From the UHGV virus genome UHGV-1350217: 64,000 nucleotides of DNA, one strand, 5' to 3'. Every line of letters starts with the position of its first letter. The stretch's first letter is position 1. Below, piece by piece: positions 47,730-57,260 of this stretch. Under the pieces are notes generated by a model. It was not told where the DNA came from. It was given only the letters and a program-made list of their open reading frames with translations, and did no database searches. Source of the DNA: a virus. The position numbers and the translations under genes are program-made.

Positions 47730-48932
47730 ATGGCTAATCCATACAAATATCAAGACGGTAACCCTTCAACTCACGGTAATCAGATGATTCTAGCAGCTGC
47801 TAATAGAGCAGGTATTGAAGCAGCTAAAGCTCATATGATTTATAGACAATTTGCTGATAGAAAGTTCACTCTACCTCAGCGAAATGGTAAGATTTATAAA
47901 ATTACTAAATATCAGAATATGTATGATAGAGCTCTAGGTACTCCAGAGTTTCTAGCTAAAGGCTTTATGCAAGGTAGAGACATAGCTGATGTTCAGACAG
48001 CTACTACAGGAGCAGCACTATCTGAAGGAGCTGGACGACAGAATCTAGTAGATACTAGTGTTAAAGTACTAGAGACTACTATGAAACGCTATGGTGAGAT
48101 GATTGAATACACTGATGAACTAGACTTGTTTTCAGACAATATGAGTTCAATCAGACTACGACAGCAAATGGGAGATAGAGCAGCTAGTCTTTACGAGGAC
48201 TTGCTACAGCTAGACCTATTAGCTACTACTAACGTAATGTATCCATCTCTAGCATCTAGTGTTGCTACTATGGGAACAGGTCTAGTAGCTGATGGTAGTC
48301 TAGATAATAACTATCGAGCTAGCTATGACTTCTTTAAACGATGTGTAGTTAAGCTAAAAGCTAATAGAGCTAAGAAATCTACTTCTGCTATCAATGCTAC
48401 TACAGGTATTGGTACAGTTCCTATTGATGCTAGTTATTACTGTGTAATTCCAGCAGCAGTACACTATGACCTAGATTGCTTATCTAAGACATCTACTGAT
48501 GCTAAAGTATCTAAGTTTGCCTTTGTTCCTGTAGTAGAGTATCCATCTACTAAAGGCGCTATTGAAGGTGAAGTAGGTGCTATGGGAGAAGTTAGATTTA
48601 TCGAAGCTGAGCAAGCTGTAGTATATAGAGGACAAGGAGCAGAAGTTCCAGCATCTTATGCAGGTCATCTGTCTAAATCTCAAAAAGGGGGTAAAGACCA
48701 CTTTGATGTATTCCCAGTTCTATTCCCTACTAAAGATAGCTTTGCTACTGTAGGTCTAGAAGGCAAAGATGGTATTAACTTTATTGTTAAATCTCCTAAA
48801 GAGGATGTTAATAGAGCTAATAACCCTTATGGTACTCAAGGATTTACTTCTTATAACTTCTTTTATGCAACTCTTATTATTCGAGAGGAAGCATTACTTA
48901 AAGGTTATTTGCTTGCTACAGCAATCGATTAA
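47730..48932 (+). CDS. Major capsid protein candidate (400 aa)
   Basis: Position directly after the scaffold; N4 gp56-like size; strong AAAGGA ribosome-binding site. Fold not verifiable by eye. Confidence 0.6.
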   Translation: MANPYKYQDGNPSTHGNQMILAAANRAGIEAAKAHMIYRQFADRKFTLPQRNGKIYKITKYQNMYDRALGTPEFLAKGFMQGRDIADVQTATTGAALSEGAGRQNLVDTSVKVLETTMKRYGEMIEYTDELDLFSDNMSSIRLRQQMGDRAASLYEDLLQLDLLATTNVMYPSLASSVATMGTGLVADGSLDNNYRASYDFFKRCVVKLKANRAKKSTSAINATTGIGTVPIDASYYCVIPAAVHYDLDCLSKTSTDAKVSKFAFVPVVEYPSTKGAIEGEVGAMGEVRFIEAEQAVVYRGQGAEVPASYAGHLSKSQKGGKDHFDVFPVLFPTKDSFATVGLEGKDGINFIVKSPKEDVNRANNPYGTQGFTSYNFFYATLIIREEALLKGYLLATAID

Positions 48933-48984
48933 TCTACTTTGGGGAGTTAATTCTCCCCTATATCTTTATAGAAAGGCTTAACTT

Positions 48985-49383
48985 ATGGCTAATCCAATGA
49001 AAAAAACTTCAGATGAAAATACTACTAGTCCTTTAGTAATTCAATCAGTTCCTAATACTGTAGAGACTAATCTACCTAGTGATACTATTAATAGACTAAA
49101 AGAAGCAGCTCTAAAGAAATACAAAGTAACTGTAACTAATAATGATCCTAAAGAAAGTGCTAATTTGACTAGTGTATATGTATCAGTTGCTAATGCTTTC
49201 TTTACTAAGTCTTATGTACTTCCATTTGGTATTCCAGTAAATGGAGTAGAGCAATGTGTTATTGATAATCTAAAAGAGATTACATTTCCTTTTACTACTG
49301 AAAGTGATGTAAACCCAGGTCTTAGTAAAACTACTATGAGACCTAAATATACTGTAGTAGTAGAACCTTACGTAGAGGAGTAA
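48985..49383 (+). CDS. Hypothetical virion protein
   Basis: 132 aa, follows the capsid gene. Confidence 0.45.
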   Translation: MANPMKKTSDENTTSPLVIQSVPNTVETNLPSDTINRLKEAALKKYKVTVTNNDPKESANLTSVYVSVANAFFTKSYVLPFGIPVNGVEQCVIDNLKEITFPFTTESDVNPGLSKTTMRPKYTVVVEPYVEE

Positions 49384-49386
49384 TCT

Positions 49387-50127
49387 ATGGCTACTGGTTG
49401 TCTAGATTGTAAGGCTCTAACTACTGATTTAGACAATCTGTCATTAGAGCTAGAATTACCTCAAAAAGATGATTTAAAGATTGACCTAGATGTAGGTGAT
49501 TTAACTGATGGTTCTTTAACAGAAGTTAATCACTATGGTAGAGAACTGCTAGAATGGAAAGGCTCTAAGATATTAGACAAACTCTGTGAAGTAATGTCTG
49601 AGAATCTTAGAGCTCAATATGATAGTGGTAGAATAGTCAATAAAGACTATGCTGATGTATATTCACAATCCTTAGCAGTTACACTTCAACAAGCTGTTAC
49701 TTTTATAACTACTAAAGCACAAGTAGAAGCTTCACTGAAAACCCAATGGTGGGTTCAACTAGCTAATATCAAGATGCAATACTTACAATTAAAAGTAGAT
49801 TTATTAATTAAAATAGCTGAACTTAAAATGAAATGTTGTCTAACTCAGGCTCAAATAGCACAAATTGAAGCTCAAGCTAGACTACTAGATAGACAACTAC
49901 TAGGTTTTGATGATAATATGTATATTAAGCTTATAGAATATCAACTACAAGCTTTCTCTATGATTTATTCTAGTGGTATGTTAGATGATGGAGCATTACC
50001 TACTCCATTAAATAATGCAGAGTTATCTAATGTCTATAAAACTTATAAAGATAGAATAACTGCAGTAACTCCTAAATTACTAGCAGATGAAAAGATAAAT
50101 GCTGCTAACTCATTATATCTCCCTTAA
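49387..50127 (+). CDS. Hypothetical virion protein
   Basis: 246 aa. Confidence 0.45.
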   Translation: MATGCLDCKALTTDLDNLSLELELPQKDDLKIDLDVGDLTDGSLTEVNHYGRELLEWKGSKILDKLCEVMSENLRAQYDSGRIVNKDYADVYSQSLAVTLQQAVTFITTKAQVEASLKTQWWVQLANIKMQYLQLKVDLLIKIAELKMKCCLTQAQIAQIEAQARLLDRQLLGFDDNMYIKLIEYQLQAFSMIYSSGMLDDGALPTPLNNAELSNVYKTYKDRITAVTPKLLADEKINAANSLYLP

Positions 50128-50139
50128 TAAGGAGATATA

Positions 50140-53100
50140 ATGGGATTCTTTAAAAAGAAAAAGACCTATGATGAATATATTCATCAATTAATGTATGGAC
50201 CTACTGAATGGTATACCAAAAGAGATTATGGTAAATCAGGTAAGAAGTTCTATGCAGGTACTATACAAGCTAATAGAAAGCTGATATATGATAAATCAGC
50301 TAAGATGTCTAATTATGATGCTATTAAAGATTTAATTACTACTTATAATACATATCACGAAATGCCTTTTGTTAGAAAGAAACTTCAAGGATGGAATAAG
50401 ACTTTAGTTACTAAAAAGACAGAATTACAATTAGATAAATTACTAGCTACTATACCTGATTTTAAAAGCCTGATAAGCTATGAGCAAGGAACTGAATATA
50501 AGCTCTTTCCTGAGTATATGCTAAAGCAGATATTCCCTAGCTATGATTATGATACTAGTACTTTTACCTTTAATAATGACTTATATACATATAAATATGA
50601 TGCTGATATAAATACTGCTGCTATAATTGCAGATAGTTATATAAAACCATCTAATACTAAAGAGTTTACTTCTACAGTAAAATGCTATGTAGATAATGCT
50701 ATTACTAGAGATAAAGTAATTACACTAGCTATAGACCCTAGTATAACTACTAATGTCAAAGAAATTAAAGTAAGTTATTATATCTATGACCCAGATAAGA
50801 AATTAAAAGAGACTATATTAACTGATTGTCCTATAGATGGTAAAGTATCTATTTCACTAGATAAAACCTTAGTAGAGGATACTATTATATCTATAGAGGT
50901 TACTGAAGTAATTACTGACCCTATAACTCATCAAGAAACTAAGAATATCTATACAGATACTTCACTTCCTATAGTATTTAGATATCCTATTCCATCTAGA
51001 CGTAATTATTCAGACTTTAACTTCTATTTTAATCCAAGTAGTAAATTAGATGAAGTAGTAAAAAAAGCTGTATATGATAACTTCAAAGCTACTTTTCATA
51101 TAGACCCTTATGATAATACTAATAATGTCATAGAGGAGGAAAGAACTAGTATAGAAATACAACCTAATGACCCTAAGTATGAAACTAGACCTAATGAAGT
51201 AAAAGTAGAAATAGTATCTAAGTTTACTTGGAAAGACCATACTAAAACAGTAACTCAAACTACTAAAGTATGGAATCCTGTAAAGAAAAAATATGAGGAT
51301 AAGACTATATCTTATCAAGAGAATATCATTGAAGTTTTAATTACTGATATGTGGGTAGATAAAAGACTATTTCTACTAGACTCTATAACTGATAAATTAG
51401 AATGGTACTTTATAGCTTATTACAACACTTCTGGTAAACGTTCTATTTATACCCTTAGGGATATATCCTCTGTCAATGCAAATGGCTCTAAACCTACTGT
51501 ATTGACTGCTGCTGTTAGAGTATTAGCAAATGGTGGATTAGCTGGAGGTAAAAGAGGAGATATAAATCTACAAAAGACTAAACGTAAAAATAAGAACTAT
51601 CGTAGAATACCTAAAAAGTATAAGCCATTATTATATGAAGCTCTTAGAGATAATAAAGATAGTGATATAAAAGATGCTTGGATAACTTCTTGTATAAACT
51701 TTCAACCTTATTTGAAAGCTTCTACTAGAGTAGATAAGTATTATATTAAGTATCTACAGACTATGTTTAAGTTCTTTGATAAAGAGTTTAGTTGCTTTAA
51801 CAAGTCTTTTAAGAATAACTCAGGACAAGTATATTACTTATCAGGAAACTATGCAGATAGGTGGGAAGTTAGTCCTTGTGCTTATAGACTTAGAGGAGTA
51901 AAGAAAATTATATCTAGGAATACTCTACCATCTAGATTATGCTTTTTAGGAGAGGAGTTAGATAATCCTAATCACCTATGCCTTTATTGTTTTGTTCCTA
52001 ATTATATAGAGGATGATGGAACTAGTCAAACTAGAAAGTTTAATACTATTACTCAATATATTCTAGATTTAACTTACTGGTATGGAAATTATAATTTCAA
52101 TGATGGCAAATCTACAGATTGGACTATTAGAATAGCTAAGTATTCTAAGATACCTAAAATCATATGGGGTAGTTCAGGATATAAGAGACATTTTAGGAGA
52201 CATAGTGATGACGATGATGATGACTATTCAGTAACCCCTAGTATAAATCTAGGAGAATATAAAGAATCTCCTAAGACACCTCTTAGTGGCAATGCTACAT
52301 ATAATCAAGCTATTACTATTCCTGCTGGAAATAATTATAAAAGAGAAGTTTTAGAATATATGTGGGATAAGAATAATAGCTTTGTAACAGGACATTATAC
52401 AGGTTCTTATGCTTATGATAGTGGAGGCAATAGAGATAAAACTTTTCATATGCCTTATCCTATATTAGCTAGCTCAGTAAATAACTTCGAGTCTTATATA
52501 AATAATCAAACTGCTAGATGTACTGAAATGTTTGGTAACAATTCTTTAACTTTCAAATGGCTATCTAGTGGAGTAGAGCTATCAGAAGCTGATAAAGCTA
52601 ATATTATTGCATTTACTAAAACTAGAGTTGGTATTAAAGATAGAAAAGGAAATACTATTATCCCTATGAGTGATGTAAACATCAGATATAGAGAAAAAGT
52701 CATTAGAAAGACTAGATATATAGACATAACTAGTGATACTACTGGAGTAATGAATTATGGAGATAAAAAAGAAGGTCTAATAGCAAATACTTTACCTAAA
52801 AACTATACTGAGTCTACATATTGGGTTAGTTATTTTAATAATACTAATATATTTGAACTCTATAATGGACAACCTGCTTTACTAGAATATATGGGGTCTA
52901 ATGGACACAACCAAAAGACTATATTCTTTACTAGTCATAATTTTGGAGGAAATGTAGAAACTAGATTTAGTTATATAGAGATAATTAAGATAGATTATGT
53001 CTATAAGTATAGAGTAAACGGAGTAGTTATTGAAGGTAGTGATGAGAAATGGCTTAACTATAACTCTTGGGAGTTTAAAGGTATAGTAGAACCTAGTTTT

Positions 53101-53826
53101 ACTCCTCCTATGCCTTGGAGAATGTGGGTTAGAGTTCCATTATATATTCAAGAAGCAGTACTAACTAGTATATTATTCTTAGGATTTAGAATAGAGTTTC
53201 AAGTTAAAAAAGCTACTACTTTATTTAAAGTCATAGGTATAGTAGTTACTGTAGTAGGTATAGTCTTAATAGTAGTTGGAGCATTAACTTCTTGGTCAGG
53301 TTTTGGTATACCTCTAATGACTTGGGGTAAAGTAGTATTAGGTATAGGTCTCTCAATGCTTGGAGCAGCTTATGGTAAAGCTTTTCTATCATATCTAGGT
53401 ATGGCTTTCTCATTATGGGGAGGCTATGGTATGATACAAGCAACAGCAGCAGCTAATATAGCAGCTGGAGCTAGTGCAGGATTTGAAACAGCTAAGAGTG
53501 CTTTATCTATGGCTTCATTAGTATATTCTACAGCTAATAATGCTTATAAACTAGCTACTCAAAATAAAGCTCAAGCTAAGCTAGAAAGACAACAGAAAGA
53601 GCAAGAGGAAAAAGATAGATTAAAGAATGACAGAGAGTTTCAAGAAAGTTTAGATGAAGTAAATCTAGCAGACTATGACATACCTAAGAGTATTGACGAA
53701 CAGCTAGATTTATATTACTTCATAGCTTATGGTGGTCTAATGTATGACTATAATACGGTAGAGCAAATAGCATATCACTCAGCTGAACAGCCTATAATGA
53801 GTGAGACATTTGACAGATTTAAATAA
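50140..53826 (+). CDS. Large virion protein (1228 aa) with a poly-Asp run and a C-terminal multi-helix hydrophobic region plus coiled coil. Internal/ejection protein candidate.
   Basis: RRHSDDDDDDYS. C-terminal FKVIGIVVTVVGIVLIVVGALTSW...GIGLSMLGAAYGKAFLSYLGMAFSLWGGYGMIQATAAANIAAGA, then a Q/K/E-rich coiled coil. Confidence 0.5.
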   Translation: MGFFKKKKTYDEYIHQLMYGPTEWYTKRDYGKSGKKFYAGTIQANRKLIYDKSAKMSNYDAIKDLITTYNTYHEMPFVRKKLQGWNKTLVTKKTELQLDKLLATIPDFKSLISYEQGTEYKLFPEYMLKQIFPSYDYDTSTFTFNNDLYTYKYDADINTAAIIADSYIKPSNTKEFTSTVKCYVDNAITRDKVITLAIDPSITTNVKEIKVSYYIYDPDKKLKETILTDCPIDGKVSISLDKTLVEDTIISIEVTEVITDPITHQETKNIYTDTSLPIVFRYPIPSRRNYSDFNFYFNPSSKLDEVVKKAVYDNFKATFHIDPYDNTNNVIEEERTSIEIQPNDPKYETRPNEVKVEIVSKFTWKDHTKTVTQTTKVWNPVKKKYEDKTISYQENIIEVLITDMWVDKRLFLLDSITDKLEWYFIAYYNTSGKRSIYTLRDISSVNANGSKPTVLTAAVRVLANGGLAGGKRGDINLQKTKRKNKNYRRIPKKYKPLLYEALRDNKDSDIKDAWITSCINFQPYLKASTRVDKYYIKYLQTMFKFFDKEFSCFNKSFKNNSGQVYYLSGNYADRWEVSPCAYRLRGVKKIISRNTLPSRLCFLGEELDNPNHLCLYCFVPNYIEDDGTSQTRKFNTITQYILDLTYWYGNYNFNDGKSTDWTIRIAKYSKIPKIIWGSSGYKRHFRRHSDDDDDDYSVTPSINLGEYKESPKTPLSGNATYNQAITIPAGNNYKREVLEYMWDKNNSFVTGHYTGSYAYDSGGNRDKTFHMPYPILASSVNNFESYINNQTARCTEMFGNNSLTFKWLSSGVELSEADKANIIAFTKTRVGIKDRKGNTIIPMSDVNIRYREKVIRKTRYIDITSDTTGVMNYGDKKEGLIANTLPKNYTESTYWVSYFNNTNIFELYNGQPALLEYMGSNGHNQKTIFFTSHNFGGNVETRFSYIEIIKIDYVYKYRVNGVVIEGSDEKWLNYNSWEFKGIVEPSFTPPMPWRMWVRVPLYIQEAVLTSILFLGFRIEFQVKKATTLFKVIGIVVTVVGIVLIVVGALTSWSGFGIPLMTWGKVVLGIGLSMLGAAYGKAFLSYLGMAFSLWGGYGMIQATAAANIAAGASAGFETAKSALSMASLVYSTANNAYKLATQNKAQAKLERQQKEQEEKDRLKNDREFQESLDEVNLADYDIPKSIDEQLDLYYFIAYGGLMYDYNTVEQIAYHSAEQPIMSETFDRFK

Positions 53827-53837
53827 GGAGAATACTT

Positions 53838-54329
53838 ATGTTTTGGGATAGCTTTTTAAGTGGATTACAATCAGTTGGTAATTCATTATTTGGTGCAGGA
53901 ACTTTCGGTAATGCAGCTAATCAAGTAGGAACTACAGCAGCTAATCAAGTTAATAATCAAGCTCTGCAAGGTTTATTAAACTTAGGTTCTACAGCAGCAG
54001 GAACTGCTAATAATGCTGGTCTAGCTGCTAGTCTAGCACAAGCTGCTCAAGCTGGTAATCAAGTAGCTACTAATGGAACTAATGTAGCTCAAGGATTAAC
54101 ACAGCAAGCTACACAACCTAGTGGGGGAGGATTAATGAATAAAGTCTTAGCTCCTACTATGGATATGTATACAGCTTGGAATGCTTATAAGCAAAATATG
54201 AAACAAGCTAAGTATGGTCTAGCTGAAAGACAGAGAGAAGATACCTTCAAATGGCAAGAAAGAGATAGGTCAGCTAGAAATAGAGCTAATACTACAGCTA
54301 ATTACTTTACCAATGGACAAGTAATCTAA
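53838..54329 (+). CDS. Small Gly/Ala/Asn/Gln-rich virion protein (about 16 kDa)
   Basis: Low-complexity AANQV/NNAGLAASLAQAAQAGNQ repeats. Size and position match the small virion protein gp52 of N4-like phages (from memory). Confidence 0.45.
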   Translation: MFWDSFLSGLQSVGNSLFGAGTFGNAANQVGTTAANQVNNQALQGLLNLGSTAAGTANNAGLAASLAQAAQAGNQVATNGTNVAQGLTQQATQPSGGGLMNKVLAPTMDMYTAWNAYKQNMKQAKYGLAERQREDTFKWQERDRSARNRANTTANYFTNGQVI

Positions 54330-54339
54330 GGAGTCTAAT

Positions 54340-57189
54340 ATGGCAGATTTAAATATAGGAGGAACTAGTGCTTTTCTAGGGCCTGCTGTTAATACTCAAA
54401 TAAATCAGACTGATGTCAAAGGAACAGATTTTACTAGGACTATGCTACAGGCATTACAAGGTGCAGCTATAGCAGATGAAAATACTAGAAAGAATGACTT
54501 AGCTTCTGCTGAATTATTAGCAGCTAACACTGAAGCTAGTGAAAAAGCATATCAGTATGGACAAAATCTAGCAGCAGACCAATTAGTGAAAGCTATAGGA
54601 TTAGAGAATGCTGCATTGAATCCTTTTATTGGAACATATGCTAGAGCTAAACTAGATGATACTACTAAAAAGTTTCAAGAGGTTAGAAATACTAATAGAG
54701 ATTTCAATGAAATAGCTGATTATGCTAAAACATATGGACATACTCCAGCTATAGATGCTATTCTTATTAATCGAGAAAATGCTAAAAGAGGTCTAGCAGA
54801 AAGAGATATAGAATTAGCTAGACTAAGAGGTGATTCTAATGGTAATCCTACAACAGCTACTAGTACTAGTCTTACAGTCAAAGGAGGTTTACCTGATAAT
54901 TTAAGAGTTCCTTCTTATATTAATTCAACTGATGGTAGTATTGACTTTAATAAAATTAATTCAATAATGTCAGGTAATAACTCAGCTAATCGGCAAATGA
55001 ATAGTGCCCTAGCTCCTACAGGTAATGATACTGCTACACAGAATGCTTCAGCTAGCCCTAGACTTAATGGTATTAGTGCAGCAGGTAGAGCAGCTGATGG
55101 ATTAAGTAGAATACAAACTACTACTTCTACAGGTAAGTGTGCTACTTCAGTAAGAGAGAATCTAGAAAGAGCTGGATATAGACTTCCTACGGGTAAAGAT
55201 AGAACTAGTGCTTATATGTATGCTGATAATGGTCTATTAGAGGATATGGGATTTCAACGTATAGATAATGCTTATTCACAGAATCCTCTTAAAGGAGATA
55301 TAGTAGTTTTTGGTAAAACTGATAAACATCCTGATGGACATATAGCTATGTTTGATGGTAATAACTGGGTTAGTGATTTTAGACAACGAAGCATTAATCC
55401 ATATATAGATAAAAAGTCAGCAGGACAGATGTCATATTTCAGAGACCCTAGAGCAATAGATGATAATCCTGATTTTGCTAAGTTTCAACAACAAGCTATG
55501 AATCCTATCAATCAATTTAAACAAGCTCTAGGATTAAATCCAGAGCCTACAGCAAGTGAGAGGGCTACAGATAGTACTAACATACCTTCTTACTCTCAGA
55601 ATGGTTTAGACGCTAAGGAAATGGCTTCTAAAGCACTATCTACAAATCAGTCTAAAGCTGTTAGTTTTAATAATTCTTTAGGAGTAGATACAGAAAAGAA
55701 TCCTGAAACTGGTTTACCTATGAATGATGTAGCTGGTAATCAACTAAGTAATGCTATTCAACAGACTAGTAAACTTAAAGGACAGAGTCTTTTTATTTCT
55801 GAGGATGATAAATCTCAAGATAATAAAATTATGGTAAATCTAGGAGATAAGATAGGTGTGTTTGATAATACTCCTGATGGACTAAATCAAGCTGAGCAAA
55901 TGAAAGCTAATGTAGGTATAGGTAGACCATCTATGATAGAAGCTATTACTACTAAAGCTCAAATGTCCTATGGTAAAGAACCTATGCAGACTTATGAGGA
56001 TTATGTTAATAAAAATATAGATAATAATCCTGCATTATATGGAAGCAATATACACGTATCTAAAGCTATTACAGATAAAGGTAATCTAGATAGTATAGCT
56101 AGTATAACTGGCTTACCTATAGTTCAATATGATGATAATGGAAACCCTATCGAAGATACTATAGCTTATCCTCCTAATATGTCTAATAGACTAGCTAATA
56201 TAGGACATACTGATACAGCTAGTGTAGAAAGAGCTCAGAAAGCTGCAGATGACTTAAAAGAGTTCTATCAACAATCAGGACAAGACTATACTATAGGAAA
56301 AAATCATCCAAATATTAGAATAAACAATGATGGTAGCTTAAAAGAAGGAAATCCTAATAATATGACTAAAGAGGAAAGAAAATATAATAAGATGGTTCAA
56401 ACTGAGGATTTTCTAACTGACCCTGCTATATCTGGTGCTAATAAGATAATTCAAACTACTAAAGATATGCCGATTATAAAAGATAAAGGGGATAATACTG
56501 AGAAATATACCTCTTTAGTTCAAAAGGACTTAGCTGAAGGCAATAATGAAAAGATAATTCTAGCTGGTATTACTCTGCATACTCTAGGTATAGAGGATGC
56601 TGATGGTATGAATGCTGATGCTATGGATATGCTATATAGAGTAATGACTGAAGATAAAACACCTACTGAAGCTCTAGCTTCTGGTAAGCTAGGTATTTTT
56701 AAAGATGCTAAAGCTCAAGAGTTAGTTAAGCTATTACCTAAAGCTTATAAAGAAATAGCAGCTTATGCAGCTGATAGTAGTGGTTTTCTATTTAGTAAAA
56801 AAGGCTCTAGAAGTGAAGGTATGATACCTATATTCTTAGACGATAAAGGTAATTTTAGAGTTAATAGATTTAAGATGGATACACCCGAGAATAGAAAGTT
56901 TGCTGAGGATAATGGAGTACCTGTAGCTAATTCATCTAAGCATTTGGCTTTAGTTCCTAATCAACTAGGTTATAAATTAGAGAGTTTTCTTAGAGGAATA
57001 TCTGACAAATATGCTAAAGAAGCTTTTGCTAAATCTACTCATCAAAGAAAATATATTTCAGACGAAACAAGAGATAGAATGAAACAAGATGATGCTCAAT
57101 TCTTACTAGATAATAATGGAGATACTTACGATTGGTTAGCTACAACAGGAATGAGTAAAGGGGAATACTTAGAGAATATGCAACGCTAG
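54340..57189 (+). CDS. Virion-associated peptidoglycan hydrolase with a CHAP/NlpC-P60-like cysteine peptidase domain
   Basis: GKCATSVRENLERAGYRLP ... GDIVVFGKTDKHPDGHIAMFDGNNWVSDF: catalytic Cys and His arrangement typical of CHAP domains (about nt 55100-55400). 949 aa. Confidence 0.6.
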   Translation: MADLNIGGTSAFLGPAVNTQINQTDVKGTDFTRTMLQALQGAAIADENTRKNDLASAELLAANTEASEKAYQYGQNLAADQLVKAIGLENAALNPFIGTYARAKLDDTTKKFQEVRNTNRDFNEIADYAKTYGHTPAIDAILINRENAKRGLAERDIELARLRGDSNGNPTTATSTSLTVKGGLPDNLRVPSYINSTDGSIDFNKINSIMSGNNSANRQMNSALAPTGNDTATQNASASPRLNGISAAGRAADGLSRIQTTTSTGKCATSVRENLERAGYRLPTGKDRTSAYMYADNGLLEDMGFQRIDNAYSQNPLKGDIVVFGKTDKHPDGHIAMFDGNNWVSDFRQRSINPYIDKKSAGQMSYFRDPRAIDDNPDFAKFQQQAMNPINQFKQALGLNPEPTASERATDSTNIPSYSQNGLDAKEMASKALSTNQSKAVSFNNSLGVDTEKNPETGLPMNDVAGNQLSNAIQQTSKLKGQSLFISEDDKSQDNKIMVNLGDKIGVFDNTPDGLNQAEQMKANVGIGRPSMIEAITTKAQMSYGKEPMQTYEDYVNKNIDNNPALYGSNIHVSKAITDKGNLDSIASITGLPIVQYDDNGNPIEDTIAYPPNMSNRLANIGHTDTASVERAQKAADDLKEFYQQSGQDYTIGKNHPNIRINNDGSLKEGNPNNMTKEERKYNKMVQTEDFLTDPAISGANKIIQTTKDMPIIKDKGDNTEKYTSLVQKDLAEGNNEKIILAGITLHTLGIEDADGMNADAMDMLYRVMTEDKTPTEALASGKLGIFKDAKAQELVKLLPKAYKEIAAYAADSSGFLFSKKGSRSEGMIPIFLDDKGNFRVNRFKMDTPENRKFAEDNGVPVANSSKHLALVPNQLGYKLESFLRGISDKYAKEAFAKSTHQRKYISDETRDRMKQDDAQFLLDNNGDTYDWLATTGMSKGEYLENMQR

Positions 57190-57260
57190 TTGTGTATTAA
57201 ATATATTCTTATTCTTTCACTATAATACTGCTAAACTTAAACTAATTTAAGGATAGCAGT

